From positions 9,979 to 73,978 of the forward strand of contig JAHHRI010000001.1 in assembly GCA_020025875.1 (NCBI GenBank): a DNA stretch of 64,000 nucleotides, written 5' to 3'. Position numbers and translations under genes: made by a program. Every line of letters begins with the position of its first letter. Positions within the stretch are counted from its first letter, which is position 1. The notes below the pieces were generated by a model. The model searched no databases. It saw only the letters and a program-made list of their open reading frames with translations, and was not told the origin of the DNA. Below are positions 28,738 through 39,094 of the stretch, one piece after another. This stretch comes from Alphaproteobacteria bacterium. GTDB taxonomy: Bacteria > Pseudomonadota > Alphaproteobacteria > RF32 > CAG-239.

Positions 28738-29582
28738 TGGAAAACAAAAAGAAAAAACTGGGGATTATCGCAGGGGGAGGAACGCTCCCCCGCAGTCTGA
28801 TCGAACATTGCCAAAACAGCGGACGTGACTATTTTGCCATTGCCATCGAAGGAAATGCCGATCCGAGTCTTTTTACCGCAGACATTCCCCATATATGGAT
28901 TCGTATTGGGCAAGCCGGCAGCGGCTTTAAACGTTTCCGCGATGAAAAAGTGGAAGAAGTGGTCATGATCGGCACCATTCGCCGCCCCGGATTCAAAGAA
29001 CTGATCCCCGATATGCGCACCACTGCCTTTTTTGCCAAAGTGGGCGCCAAGGCTCTCGGCGACGACGGCATTTTACGCGCCCTGATCAAAGAAATCGAAA
29101 GCGAAAATATGCGGGTTGTCGGCATTCACGAAGTGATGAACAATATTTTGGTCAAACCCGGTGTGCTTGGCAAATACAAACCGGGGAAAGATGATCTTGT
29201 CGACATCAAACGAGGCATACAGACAGCCTATGAACTCGGCAAGCTGGATATCGGACAAGCCGTGATCATTCAGCAGGGGTTGGTGCTGGGCGTAGAAGCT
29301 ATCGAAGGCACCGACGAACTCATTAAACGCTGTGCCGACTATAAGCGAAAAGGCAGCGGCGGCGTGTTGGTCAAGCTCCGCAAACCTCAACAAGATATGC
29401 GGATAGATCTGCCGACAATCGGCACCCGCACCATCGAAAACGCCAAAGCCTGCGGCTTAAACGGGCTGGCGGTTCATGCCGGCAACACGCTGATTGTCGA
29501 TGAGCAAGACGTTATCAAAGCCGCCGACAAAGCCGGACTGTTTTTAGTCGGCATTGAACCGGGAGACTATCTTGAACCATAA
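28737..29582 (+). CDS. lpxI: UDP-2,3-diacylglucosamine hydrolase LpxI (DUF1009)
   Basis: 281 aa between lpxA and lpxB with the alphaproteobacterial LpxI N-terminus (KLGIIAGGGTLP); stop/start overlap with lpxA. Confidence 0.65.
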   Translation: MENKKKKLGIIAGGGTLPRSLIEHCQNSGRDYFAIAIEGNADPSLFTADIPHIWIRIGQAGSGFKRFRDEKVEEVVMIGTIRRPGFKELIPDMRTTAFFAKVGAKALGDDGILRALIKEIESENMRVVGIHEVMNNILVKPGVLGKYKPGKDDLVDIKRGIQTAYELGKLDIGQAVIIQQGLVLGVEAIEGTDELIKRCADYKRKGSGGVLVKLRKPQQDMRIDLPTIGTRTIENAKACGLNGLAVHAGNTLIVDEQDVIKAADKAGLFLVGIEPGDYLEP

Positions 29583-30744
29583 CCTAAAAATTTATCTGAT
29601 TGCCGGCGAGCCTTCGGGTGACGCCCTCGGCGCACGACTGATGCGCGCGCTTAAAGACAAAACAAATGGTCATGTCGAATTTTTCGGCATTGGCGGCGAC
29701 ACTATGGAAAAAGAAGGGCTGAAATCTCTGTTTGACATTTCCGAGTTAGCCATTATGGGGCTATGCGAAGTGATCCCGAGCATTCCCAGAGTTTTAAAAC
29801 GGATTCGTCAAACCGTTGACGACATTATCCGCCTTCGTCCAGATGTGGTTATCTCCATCGACAGCTGGAGTTTCGGCAGTCGGGTACAGAAAAAACTGCG
29901 CGCGTTAAAAACGGGTATTCCCCAAATTCACTATGTGGCTCCGCAGGTATGGGCATGGAAGAAAAAAAGAGCAAGAACCATGCACAAATATGTCGACCGC
30001 CTGCTTACCCTGCTCCCGCAAGAACCGAAATATTTTATTCCCTACGGTATGAAAACGGATTTTGTCGGACACCCCGTCATTGAAAGTCCGGTCATTAATG
30101 GCGACGGGAAAACCTTTCGCCGCAAATACGGAATTGATGAAAAGCAAAAAATCATCTGCCTGCTGCCGGGGTCTCGTCATAATGAAGTATCTCGCCTATT
30201 ACCGGTTTTTCTGGAAGCGGCACAAATGCTGCAACAACAGTATACAGATCTGTTTTTCATTATTCCGACAGTTAAAACCGTGGCGGAACGGGTAAAAAAT
30301 ATGCTCAAAAATTCGACATTACCGATTCTGATGGTAGAAGGAGAAGAAGATAGACACAATGCCATGAGCGCCGCCACCGCAGCCGTTGCCGCATCGGGCA
30401 CCGTTGCCTTAGAACTGGCAATCGCCGACGTACCGCATATTATCGGCTATAAAGTTGCTCCGCTGACGGCTGCACTGGTCAAACATTTTCTGCATATCCA
30501 GTTTGTCAACCTGTCCAACATCTTGCTCGGACGGGAAATTGTCCCCGAACTGTTGCAGGAGCGTTGCGTTGCCGCCAACATCGTCCTTTATCTCAACCGC
30601 TTTCTAAAACAAGACAGTTTCTACCGCTACCAGAAAGAAGGTTTTCGAAAAGTGCGCACCATTCTCGGACTGGGCAGACAAAAACCAAGCGAAAATGCCG
30701 CCGACATCATCTTAAACATGATTAAGAATCAGTCGGATTCATAG
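29554..30744 (+). CDS. lpxB: Lipid-A-disaccharide synthase
   Basis: LKIYLIAGEPSGDALGARLM N-terminus, GT-B fold length (396 aa). Confidence 0.85.
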   Translation: MNRETILNHNLKIYLIAGEPSGDALGARLMRALKDKTNGHVEFFGIGGDTMEKEGLKSLFDISELAIMGLCEVIPSIPRVLKRIRQTVDDIIRLRPDVVISIDSWSFGSRVQKKLRALKTGIPQIHYVAPQVWAWKKKRARTMHKYVDRLLTLLPQEPKYFIPYGMKTDFVGHPVIESPVINGDGKTFRRKYGIDEKQKIICLLPGSRHNEVSRLLPVFLEAAQMLQQQYTDLFFIIPTVKTVAERVKNMLKNSTLPILMVEGEEDRHNAMSAATAAVAASGTVALELAIADVPHIIGYKVAPLTAALVKHFLHIQFVNLSNILLGREIVPELLQERCVAANIVLYLNRFLKQDSFYRYQKEGFRKVRTILGLGRQKPSENAADIILNMIKNQSDS

Positions 30745-30818
30745 CTCAATATTTTGACAAGGGACACCACCTAGTCGGGAAACACCCGAAAGAATAGAAG
30801 AACTGATACTAAAAAGCA

Positions 30819-31349
30819 TTACTCGTTGTTTGGACGATGTTCTCGCTCACGGTTACTCTCGTCAACCGCCTCTTCGATCCGCGCTTTAATCTGCAACGGA
30901 TTGTCCACGTCAAAAAACTCCACCTTGGCACTGCCCGTTCCGGAAAAAAGAATATTGCCGAAACCAAACAAGCGTCCCCAAAAAGTTTGCTTCACTTGGA
31001 TGGATTCAATCCGCTCCACTTTAATTTCTTCCGTCTTGATTGAAATGATACCGCTTTTATACACCACCCGCCGACTGGTGCAGACCATCTCCGTCAGATG
31101 GAGAGATAAATACAAAAGAAAGGGATAAATACCGACAATGGCAGACAAAACCAGCAAAGCAATCGCCATCTCCGTCTGCTTGTCCAAGTAAGAAGTGAAA
31201 GCTAGCGAAAAAGACACCATGGAAACAACTCCGAGCGTGGCAAACATAAAATAAAACCACAACCACTTAACCCAATGATATTTGGCTTCAACCTTAATTG
31301 TCTCGTCTTTTGTCATTGTTCCTTTGACATAGGCATTTTGACTGAACAT
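30819..31349 (-). CDS. Membrane protein with bacterial PH (bPH_2, YdbS/YdbT-like) domain
   Basis: Two TM helices followed by a ~80-aa PH-like domain; 176 aa. Confidence 0.45.
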   Translation of the reverse strand: MFSQNAYVKGTMTKDETIKVEAKYHWVKWLWFYFMFATLGVVSMVSFSLAFTSYLDKQTEMAIALLVLSAIVGIYPFLLYLSLHLTEMVCTSRRVVYKSGIISIKTEEIKVERIESIQVKQTFWGRLFGFGNILFSGTGSAKVEFFDVDNPLQIKARIEEAVDESNREREHRPNNE

Positions 31350-31350
31350 A

Positions 31351-32796
31351 TTATCTCCTCCAGAAATTTCTGGTAAAGACCACCAGAACAGTTAAAACTT
31401 CCAAACGTCCGAGCAGCATGGTAGCGCTCAACACGTTTTTTTGCACGCCGGACATCCAAGCGCAATTACCGTCAGGACCGATAGATGCCACCACCCCCGG
31501 ACCGGAGTTGGTTATACAAGCCACGACGGCGCTGAATGCGGTTGCAAAATCCATCCCCGACAAGGCAAGCAACAGCGTCGAAAATATAATTGTTGCAAAA
31601 AAAGCCCCAACCATGACCAACACCGACGAAACGGCAGCCGATGAAATGGTGTATTGTTTGACCTTCATCGGCACCACCCGATTGGGATCAACCGCCGTTT
31701 CTAAAGATTGCCGCAAATAGGACCCAACCACTTGCCAACGGAATATCTTGACAGATCCCGAAGTGGACCCCGTACAACCGCCGGTCATTGCAAAAATGAT
31801 AAACAGTGTCTGAAATTCCACCCCCCAAGCCAGATAATTGACAGATGTCAATCCGGTAGTTGTCACGATTGAAATGATATTAAACGAGGTATAACGAAGT
31901 GCCGTCCAAAAATCGCCGTAAACATCGTTGTAAACCAGCCACAGCGAACTGCCGACGATATAAACAAACAGCACTTTCAAAAAACTGACCACCTGTTCGG
32001 TGCGCAGCGACTGCCGGAATTTGTTTTGCAACAACACAATGTAAAAAGTCATCGGCAAAGCGCCGATAACCATAAAGATGGATATAACAACTTCTATGTC
32101 CACGTTGTCATAAAACAAAATAGATTTGTTTTTAGTGGAAAAACCGGCGGTTGAGATTGTGGACATGGCATGATTGATGGCGTCAAACCAGTTCATTCCC
32201 GCCCAGTAGAGGCATATGGCGCACAAACCGCACAAAAAGAAATAAACCCAAAAAATGCGTTTGGCAATATAGTGAAATTTCGGCATAAATTTATCATTAA
32301 AATCCGAACTTTCTCGCTGAAACATCTGCATTCCGCCGATTCCCAGAAACGGGAGCAAGGCCACTGCAAACATAACAATCCCCGCCCCGCCCATGGCCGT
32401 CAGCATCGACCGCCAAAGCAAAATGGCATTCGGCTGCGCCTCAATGTTGTTCAAAATTGTTGCGCCTGTCGTAGACAAACCGGAAACCGCCTCAAACAAA
32501 GCATCATAAAAATGATCGGTGCTGCCGTACAGCATAAACGGCACCGCCGCCAACAGCGACATAACAATCCAACTGGTTGTCGTCAGCAAATATCCCTGAC
32601 GAATACTGATGTTTTCAACCGGCGCGCGATTGGAAAGAAACAGCGAAAGCCCGATAAAAAGGCAAAAAAGGGACGAACTGAGAAACGGCGACCAAGACGC
32701 AGAAGTATCATAAATATCATAACCGGCGACAATCAGCATGGCAGCCCCCAAAATGCTGATAAAATAGCCGTTAATCATCAGGACAATCTGCCACAT
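31351..32796 (-). CDS. trkH: TrkH/KtrB-family potassium uptake protein
   Basis: 481 aa polytopic membrane protein with repeated M1-P-M2 selectivity-filter-like segments (…TTGAT…, …TAGFS…, …TTGLT…, …SGPG…). Confidence 0.85.
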   Translation of the reverse strand: MWQIVLMINGYFISILGAAMLIVAGYDIYDTSASWSPFLSSSLFCLFIGLSLFLSNRAPVENISIRQGYLLTTTSWIVMSLLAAVPFMLYGSTDHFYDALFEAVSGLSTTGATILNNIEAQPNAILLWRSMLTAMGGAGIVMFAVALLPFLGIGGMQMFQRESSDFNDKFMPKFHYIAKRIFWVYFFLCGLCAICLYWAGMNWFDAINHAMSTISTAGFSTKNKSILFYDNVDIEVVISIFMVIGALPMTFYIVLLQNKFRQSLRTEQVVSFLKVLFVYIVGSSLWLVYNDVYGDFWTALRYTSFNIISIVTTTGLTSVNYLAWGVEFQTLFIIFAMTGGCTGSTSGSVKIFRWQVVGSYLRQSLETAVDPNRVVPMKVKQYTISSAAVSSVLVMVGAFFATIIFSTLLLALSGMDFATAFSAVVACITNSGPGVVASIGPDGNCAWMSGVQKNVLSATMLLGRLEVLTVLVVFTRNFWRR

Positions 32797-32810
32797 AATC
32801 CGCTGTTTCC

Positions 32811-33692
32811 TTATTGTAAAGCCACGCGATCGGAAAAGCCGCGTTCAACCAAAACCTTATTAATACTCACGCCGTTAACAAAACATTCTCCGGTCGCGAC
32901 ATTGTCTGCCGTATAAGCCAAAATCCGGCAACTGACGATTTCGCCTTTCAGCGCGTCACGCAAAAATACGGCGGCTTTCACCCCTCGCGAGCTTCGCGGG
33001 TTGGAATAAATGCCGTAAAGAAACATATATCTGCCACCCACTTCCATTTCGTTGGCATTATAAATTTTAACTTCTCCCGAAATTTCCTCCGGTTCATCGA
33101 CATAACGCAAAACGTCGCCCTCTTCCTCGGAAACTTTTTTAACAATCACCGGTTTATTTTCAAACAACAACTCTTTGTTTTCCGAGGGCTGTTCGACAGA
33201 GGTGTCCGCAACCGGTGCGCCCACTTCTTCGTTAACCGGCATTTGCGGCACCGCCGGCGTCAATGCCACCACGTCACCGGCCTCTTCAGCCAAAATATCC
33301 ACCCGTTGCGGGCGGGCTCCGGAAGCGGCCTTAAACATTTGCCGCCGAGTTTCTTTGTAGCTCGGCGCCACTTCCACCAACCGATCGGTTCCTTTGCCGG
33401 GCTTTGACGCCAATACGGGGATATCGTTAATCAGCTCAGACAGACGGTCGGAAAACTTAGTCAAATCCATATCTTTGCTACGTATTTTTTCCAGATACCA
33501 GCGGTGCACTTCCGTCGGTTGCGCTCCGTAATACAGCGGAACACAATATGCTGCTGCCACAAGCAAAATCAGCACCGGATAAACCGGTTTGCGAAACGGA
33601 TAAGTAAAAAATGACACCGTCTTATGAACAACCGCTCCCCAGCCGCTTGGCGAACGCAGGTCGTTGTCCTCTCGTTTTTTTAAGAAAAACAT
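32811..33692 (-). CDS. Membrane-anchored hypothetical protein (293 aa)
   Basis: N-terminal TM anchor, Pro/Glu-rich linker, C-terminal ~100-aa domain of unknown type (possibly OB/SNase-like). Confidence 0.4.
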   Translation of the reverse strand: MFFLKKREDNDLRSPSGWGAVVHKTVSFFTYPFRKPVYPVLILLVAAAYCVPLYYGAQPTEVHRWYLEKIRSKDMDLTKFSDRLSELINDIPVLASKPGKGTDRLVEVAPSYKETRRQMFKAASGARPQRVDILAEEAGDVVALTPAVPQMPVNEEVGAPVADTSVEQPSENKELLFENKPVIVKKVSEEEGDVLRYVDEPEEISGEVKIYNANEMEVGGRYMFLYGIYSNPRSSRGVKAAVFLRDALKGEIVSCRILAYTADNVATGECFVNGVSINKVLVERGFSDRVALQ

Positions 33693-33767
33693 AGCTTTCC
33701 CCTATGGTTAAATCCTTTAGCTTTTAAGCTAAACGGTAAGCGGATAAAATTCAAGCAAAAAGGACGA

Positions 33768-34640
33768 CTAGTACACGGCTTTAACGATAAAGTCCGGCAG
33801 TTCGGGCAAGGCAGATGCGCCGGCCGCCCCTTTATGCCCGCCGCCGCCGAACCGAGCCGCAATTTTAGAAACGTCCACATCTTTTTTGGCAGAATAAAAA
33901 GAAAGATTCCAACGGCGGTTTTTATTCATATAAAAATTGATCATCACGTCATAATCGCCGATACGGTCAAAAGTATCAAAAAAAGTGGAACGCCCTTGCG
34001 GCATATTGGCACAAATGCACTTTAACCCGTCAATTTCCGCTTCAAACGCCATACTGCGCACCAAATGATGGTTGCGTGCATTAATCCAAGCCACAATCCG
34101 CTCCCCTTGTGCTATCATTTGCTCCACGTCGAGCCGACCGGCAAACAGTTTTGTCCACACCGGATCCTGAGGCCGATTCTGCCCAAGCGACTGCATGGCA
34201 TATTCAAACGGCTGCACCCGCCGATCGCTTAAATCAAAAATATCGTGCTTGGCCAACAAAGCGACTCCGAGCGGCAACGGACGCTCCGGATAATAATATT
34301 CCCACGACAGCTCAATCGCCGCCGTGCCAATCCGCCGAAGCCCTTTAATCGGTTCCGCTCCGGCATCCAATTTCATTTCATATTCCTTGATCACCGAAGC
34401 ATGATGATCAATCCAAGTAAAATCTTTTCTTTTGCTTAGATCAAACATATAGTCGACCGGCAGGGCAAAATCGCACACAACAATCATCTCATGACGTTCA
34501 ATTTCATCATAGGGAATGTCCATATCATGGTTTAACCCCAACAATTCAATCTCCGGATACACACTTTTAACAATGGCTCCGGATCCCTTTCCGTCATGAT
34601 CGGCAATATGATATATACACAGCATTTTTCTTCTCCTCAC
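33768..34640 (-). CDS. DHH-family phosphoesterase (NrnA-like oligoribonuclease/pAp phosphatase)
   Basis: DHH motif (YHIADHDGKGSG), DHHA1-like C-terminus with GGGH; probable start MLCIYH at ~34625. Confidence 0.65.
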   Translation of the reverse strand: MRRRKMLCIYHIADHDGKGSGAIVKSVYPEIELLGLNHDMDIPYDEIERHEMIVVCDFALPVDYMFDLSKRKDFTWIDHHASVIKEYEMKLDAGAEPIKGLRRIGTAAIELSWEYYYPERPLPLGVALLAKHDIFDLSDRRVQPFEYAMQSLGQNRPQDPVWTKLFAGRLDVEQMIAQGERIVAWINARNHHLVRSMAFEAEIDGLKCICANMPQGRSTFFDTFDRIGDYDVMINFYMNKNRRWNLSFYSAKKDVDVSKIAARFGGGGHKGAAGASALPELPDFIVKAVY

Positions 34641-34641
34641 A

Positions 34642-35433
34642 CTAAAAAAACAGCGTCATTCCGTCAAAGGCAGGGGCAACATTTTCCGGCGTCATCCGAT
34701 TAATCTGCTCAAAATCGCATTCCACGGCCATATGATTAATCACTGCCCGTTGCGGAGCAATCCGCTTAATATCGCGCATAATTTCTTCAAAACCGGCATG
34801 ATACTTGCCACCCTCCACCGTTGTCAACGGCACCACCATCACTTTCACCGGTTGGCGGATATAGGCAAAAGCTTCTTCCTCAATTTCTCGATAATCTGCA
34901 ATATAAACCATCTCCCCGTCATTAAAAACATATCCTGTCGTTGGCATATTGTGCCCTTTCAGCCGGATCGGCGTCACTTTCAGCTCATTGTTGATCATAA
35001 ACGACTGATAATGTTTGATCGGGTTGGCAATCAGGCTTGGGCAGCTACTGATATTGTTGGTATGTTCACGGGTGGCCAGCAGATAGGAAAAACGATTTTT
35101 TATTTCTTGCACAATCTCATCGGCGGCATAAAAATCGAGACTGGTTCCCACGGCCCGATTAATTTCCCGCAACTCATCTATGCCGTGCAGATGGTCGGCA
35201 TGCGCATGGGTGTAGACAATGCCGTCCAAGCGACGGATATCGGCATTGAGCAGCTGCATTCGAAGATCGGGGGAGGTGTCGATTAAAATCCGCGTATGCG
35301 CATACTCCAAACACGAGGTGGTCCGACTGCGGCAGTTTTTTCCGTTGGTCGGATCGCATACCCCCCAACCGCAGGTAACGGAAGGCACACCGGGGGCGGC
35401 ACCACTGCCGAGAATTGTCAGTTTATAGGTCAA
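34642..35433 (-). CDS. MBL-fold metallo-hydrolase (PhnP-like)
   Basis: HxHxDH motif THAHADHLHG; 263 aa. Confidence 0.7.
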   Translation of the reverse strand: MTYKLTILGSGAAPGVPSVTCGWGVCDPTNGKNCRSRTTSCLEYAHTRILIDTSPDLRMQLLNADIRRLDGIVYTHAHADHLHGIDELREINRAVGTSLDFYAADEIVQEIKNRFSYLLATREHTNNISSCPSLIANPIKHYQSFMINNELKVTPIRLKGHNMPTTGYVFNDGEMVYIADYREIEEEAFAYIRQPVKVMVVPLTTVEGGKYHAGFEEIMRDIKRIAPQRAVINHMAVECDFEQINRMTPENVAPAFDGMTLFF

Positions 35434-36224
35434 AACCGATATCTCCCTTTGTCGCTGGCCTTGCGAAACAGAGTGTAAAAATTCTCCGACGTCATCTTGG
35501 CCATTTCTTCAAACGATACTTCTTTTATCTGTGCCAATTTTTCTGCCACAAAACGGACATTGGCAGGTTCGTTGCGGTGCCCGCGGAACGGCACCGGTGC
35601 CAAAAACGGAGAATCTGTTTCCACCAGCAGCCGATTGAGCGGCAAATCGGCAAAAATTTCTCGCAATCCGCCGCTTTTATTAAAAGTGATAATCCCCGAA
35701 GCCGAAATATAAAACCCGATAGAAAGAGCAAACTCCGCCAGCCGCCGCGATCCTGAAAAACAATGAATTTCACCGCAAAAAGGCTGATCCTGATAGTGTT
35801 CGGTCAATATACCGATTGTGTCATCATCGGCATCGCGGGTATGAATAATAAGCGGCAGTTCGGTCTTTTGGGCTGCCAATATATGCTCGACAAACAGTTT
35901 GCGCTGGTTTTGCTTTTCGCTGTAATCATAGTAATAGTCCAACCCGCATTCGCCGATGGCAACGATTTTTTTATGTTTGCTTTTTTCCGCCAACTCTGCT
36001 GCGGACACATCCGGAAACTCGTCGGCATTGTGCGGATGAACACCTACCGCAGTGTAGATAAACGGATATTTTTCCGAAAGTTTCAACTGCTCGTCCAAAG
36101 TGTCGATACAATTACCGGCATTTAATGCCGCGGTAATGCCGTTTTCCTTCATCCGCAAGATAATATCATCCATATCATCTTCAAAATCGTTATAATCCAA
36201 ATGACAATGACTGTCGACTAACAT
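35430..36224 (-). CDS. tatD: TatD-family metal-dependent DNase/hydrolase
   Basis: MLVDSHCHLD start, conserved TatD His/Glu/Asp residues; 264 aa. Confidence 0.85.
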   Translation of the reverse strand: MLVDSHCHLDYNDFEDDMDDIILRMKENGITAALNAGNCIDTLDEQLKLSEKYPFIYTAVGVHPHNADEFPDVSAAELAEKSKHKKIVAIGECGLDYYYDYSEKQNQRKLFVEHILAAQKTELPLIIHTRDADDDTIGILTEHYQDQPFCGEIHCFSGSRRLAEFALSIGFYISASGIITFNKSGGLREIFADLPLNRLLVETDSPFLAPVPFRGHRNEPANVRFVAEKLAQIKEVSFEEMAKMTSENFYTLFRKASDKGRYRF

Positions 36225-36237
36225 TTTTTCCTCACAG

Positions 36238-37290
36238 TTACATAACTTTGCACAAATGACCGATAATATTTATCAGCGTTTCTTTCTTGTCCATGTTCAA
36301 AGCCTCCGTCTGCCGCAGCGTCCGGACGGCGTTTTCCCAAGCGCTGACCGTTTCCTCTATATGGCGAGAGGCAAGCACATGGTCGGCACAATACTTCAAT
36401 ATCAGCTCCGAAGCCAGCTCAAAACTTTCTTCCGTTTCAACGGCGGCATCCACCCAATTCAACAGGTCTTGCAATTTAAAACGGCTGCCGAGACCAATTA
36501 TCTCCGCCAGCTCACGGTAACGTTCCGTCGCACCGCAATCGGCATAATTCAAGGCTTTGCCGATACTGCCGGAAGCCAGTTGAACCACCTCCGCAATCGT
36601 CTTTTCCGTCAGTTCGGGACGATAGCGACGCAGCAAACAGCCAACCGCCTCGTCGGTCAGCGGCTTAAGTACCAACTTGCTGCACCGTGAGCGAATTGTC
36701 GGCAGCAGCTGTCTGACATTATGGCTAATCAGCAACAAAACACTTTTGACCGGCGGTTCTTCCAAAATTTTTAAAAGCGCGTTGGCGCTGGACAAATTCA
36801 TATCGTCAACACTGTCGATAATCACCGCCCGCCAACCGTCGTCAGAAGATTTTTTCGTTAGAAATTCATTAATTTCCCGCACATCGTCCACCCGTATAAC
36901 CGCGGATTTTTTCAGCCCCTTGAGTTCGCTCTCGTCAAACGCCGCGCCGTCTTTGATGGCTTTTAATACTTTCTTGCGATCTGCCTCAACAAAATTGCGC
37001 TCAATCACTTTCAGATCGGGGTGAGAACAAGAAGAAATCAACCTGTTGGCGGCACTGTTCGGATCTGTTGCCAAGGAAGCGGCGGGAAAACTTTTTCGCT
37101 GCCGCTCGTTAAGCAAAAAACGGGCAAACCGATACGCCAAGGTCGATTTGCCAATTCCCTTCACTCCGGAAATCAGCCAAGAATTGTGCAATTTGTTGGC
37201 ATTATAGGCGTCAAGAAGTGCTTTTTCCGCTTCTTCTTGACCTAAGAGGAAAAAATTGTTTTTAGGGTTCATCTGTTCATCGTCGAACAT
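36238..37290 (-). CDS. holB: DNA polymerase III subunit delta prime
   Basis: AAA+ clamp-loader fold, GVKGIGKSTLAYRFARFLL P-loop-like, SRC motif (RSRC). Confidence 0.8.
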   Translation of the reverse strand: MFDDEQMNPKNNFFLLGQEEAEKALLDAYNANKLHNSWLISGVKGIGKSTLAYRFARFLLNERQRKSFPAASLATDPNSAANRLISSCSHPDLKVIERNFVEADRKKVLKAIKDGAAFDESELKGLKKSAVIRVDDVREINEFLTKKSSDDGWRAVIIDSVDDMNLSSANALLKILEEPPVKSVLLLISHNVRQLLPTIRSRCSKLVLKPLTDEAVGCLLRRYRPELTEKTIAEVVQLASGSIGKALNYADCGATERYRELAEIIGLGSRFKLQDLLNWVDAAVETEESFELASELILKYCADHVLASRHIEETVSAWENAVRTLRQTEALNMDKKETLINIIGHLCKVM

Positions 37291-37937
37291 TATTTGCGCA
37301 TCAACCTTTCTTCCGTCATTTTAACAATTTCCCGATGCAGGCTCTCCACGCTTTGGTCTGCATTAAGCAGCACATAATGCGGCGAAGATTGGGCAATCTC
37401 GCGAAAACCGCGACGCAGATTTTCGTGAAACGCCAGTTCTCTGCTTTCAAACCGTGTTTCCTGCACGGCGGCAGAACCGTTACGTTTAAGAGAACGCGCC
37501 ACCCCTTTTGCCGGATCAATATCGAGAATAATCGTCAAATCCGGACGAAAATGGCCGACTGTGATGGCGTATAACTGATCCAACATTTCTTTCGGCAGCC
37601 GCTTGTCATAGCCGTAATATTGATAGGCGACGGTAGAATCGGCAAACCGGTCGCTAATCACCCACGTCCCCCGCTCCAGAGCAGGCAAAACTTTACTTTG
37701 CAGATGAATGCGCCGATCGGCATAATACAGCAACGCTTCTGCCACCGCGTCCATTTTATCTTTGTTGCCGGTGCACAAAATTTTGCGCAATTCTTGCCCC
37801 ACCTCGGTACCGCCGGGTTCTTTGGTCGTCATCACGTCAATGCCTTTGTTTTGCAGATACGCCGCCAACAATCCGATCTGGGTGGTTTTGCCGGATCCTT
37901 CGCCACCTTCAAGGGTTATAAAACATCCTTTACCCAT
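37290..37937 (-). CDS. tmk: Thymidylate kinase
   Basis: Real start MGKGCFITLEGGEGSGKTTQ at 37937; the ORF-track N-terminal extension is unlikely; start overlaps dacC stop. Confidence 0.85.
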   Translation of the reverse strand: MGKGCFITLEGGEGSGKTTQIGLLAAYLQNKGIDVMTTKEPGGTEVGQELRKILCTGNKDKMDAVAEALLYYADRRIHLQSKVLPALERGTWVISDRFADSTVAYQYYGYDKRLPKEMLDQLYAITVGHFRPDLTIILDIDPAKGVARSLKRNGSAAVQETRFESRELAFHENLRRGFREIAQSSPHYVLLNADQSVESLHREIVKMTEERLMRK

Positions 37938-37938
37938 T

Positions 37939-39084
37939 CTACTCCGTCCCCAAAAGAAGATACTTGATATTGCTGAGTATCCGCCCCCAAAAGCCCAATT
38001 TGCGAATGCTGTGATCGGCGTAAAGAGGCACAATCTTTGTCTTGCCGTCGGGAAGTTCTATCTTCACCTCACCCAACTTGTCTCCCTGCGCCACCGGTGC
38101 TTTCACCGGCTTGTCATAAACCGCCGTCAGTTTGACATCACGCGCCTGACTGCGGGCAATGGTCATCATCACATCTTTATTGACGACCAGATCAATCGAT
38201 TTTTCTTCTCCCATATAAACAGGAACGGAAACAATCCGTTGAAATTGTTTAAAAATCTTATAATTGTTAAATTCTCTGAACCCCCAGTTCATCAGCTTTT
38301 CGGCTTCTTCCGAACGTTCTTTGTTGCTCTTAAGTCCGGTCATAACGCCAATCAAGCGCCGATCTCCCCGCTTGACCGATGCCGTCAGACAAAAGCCGGC
38401 TTCCGCCGTATGGCCGGTTTTCAGCCCGTCGGCATCTGCCATCGAATAGAGCAAAGGGTTGCGGTTGCCTTGCAATATGTTGTTATAGGTAAAGCTTTTC
38501 TGAGAAAAGACGGAATAATATTCGGGAAAGTCGCGGATCAGTGCCTGCGCCAGTTTAGCCAGATCTTCGACCGACATCCGATGATCGGGGTGAGGCAAGC
38601 CGGTAGAATTGACAAAATGCGAATTTTTCAGCCCCAATTCTTGCGCTTTGTCATTCATCAATTCGGCAAAATCTTCCTCGGTGCCGGCAATATTTTCAGC
38701 AACGACAATGCACGCGTCGTTGCCGGACTGAATAATAATTCCTTTGATCAGGTTTTCCACGCTCACTTTGCTGCCGATGGGCAGGAACATGGTTGAACTG
38801 CCGCTGGCAGCTCCGCCCGTGCGCCATGCGTTTTCGCTGACGGTAAAAACATCTTCAAGTGACAACGTGCCGTCTTTGAGCTTGCTGAAAAGGACATAAA
38901 CGGTCATCAGCTTGCTCATCGAAGCGGGAGCCACCGGCGCAAAGGCATTTTCTGCCAAAAGATGTTCACCGGTGTCATAATCCATCAAAATCACATTTTT
39001 GGCTTTGGTTTCAAGAGCAGAAGCAGAGTTCGCCAACATTGCGCTCAAAACGGCAACAGACAACCATTTGGAATAAGTTTTCAT
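37939..39084 (-). CDS. dacC: D-alanyl-D-alanine carboxypeptidase (PBP5/6 family)
   Basis: Signal peptide MKTYSKWLSVAVLSAMLANSASA (start at 39084), SxxK (SMSKLMT), SGN and KTG motifs. Confidence 0.8.
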   Translation of the reverse strand: MKTYSKWLSVAVLSAMLANSASALETKAKNVILMDYDTGEHLLAENAFAPVAPASMSKLMTVYVLFSKLKDGTLSLEDVFTVSENAWRTGGAASGSSTMFLPIGSKVSVENLIKGIIIQSGNDACIVVAENIAGTEEDFAELMNDKAQELGLKNSHFVNSTGLPHPDHRMSVEDLAKLAQALIRDFPEYYSVFSQKSFTYNNILQGNRNPLLYSMADADGLKTGHTAEAGFCLTASVKRGDRRLIGVMTGLKSNKERSEEAEKLMNWGFREFNNYKIFKQFQRIVSVPVYMGEEKSIDLVVNKDVMMTIARSQARDVKLTAVYDKPVKAPVAQGDKLGEVKIELPDGKTKIVPLYADHSIRKLGFWGRILSNIKYLLLGTE

Positions 39085-39094
39085 TACAACTCCT

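Noticed and set aside
37762-38796. 344-aa plus-strand ORF
   Set aside because: Antisense to dacC/tmk, which have clear catalytic motifs. Shadow ORF. The same applies to 53403-54293 (antisense to pta), 32170-32916 (antisense to trkH), 5019-5744 (antisense to galE) and 391-990 / 1219-1776 (antisense to the helicase).
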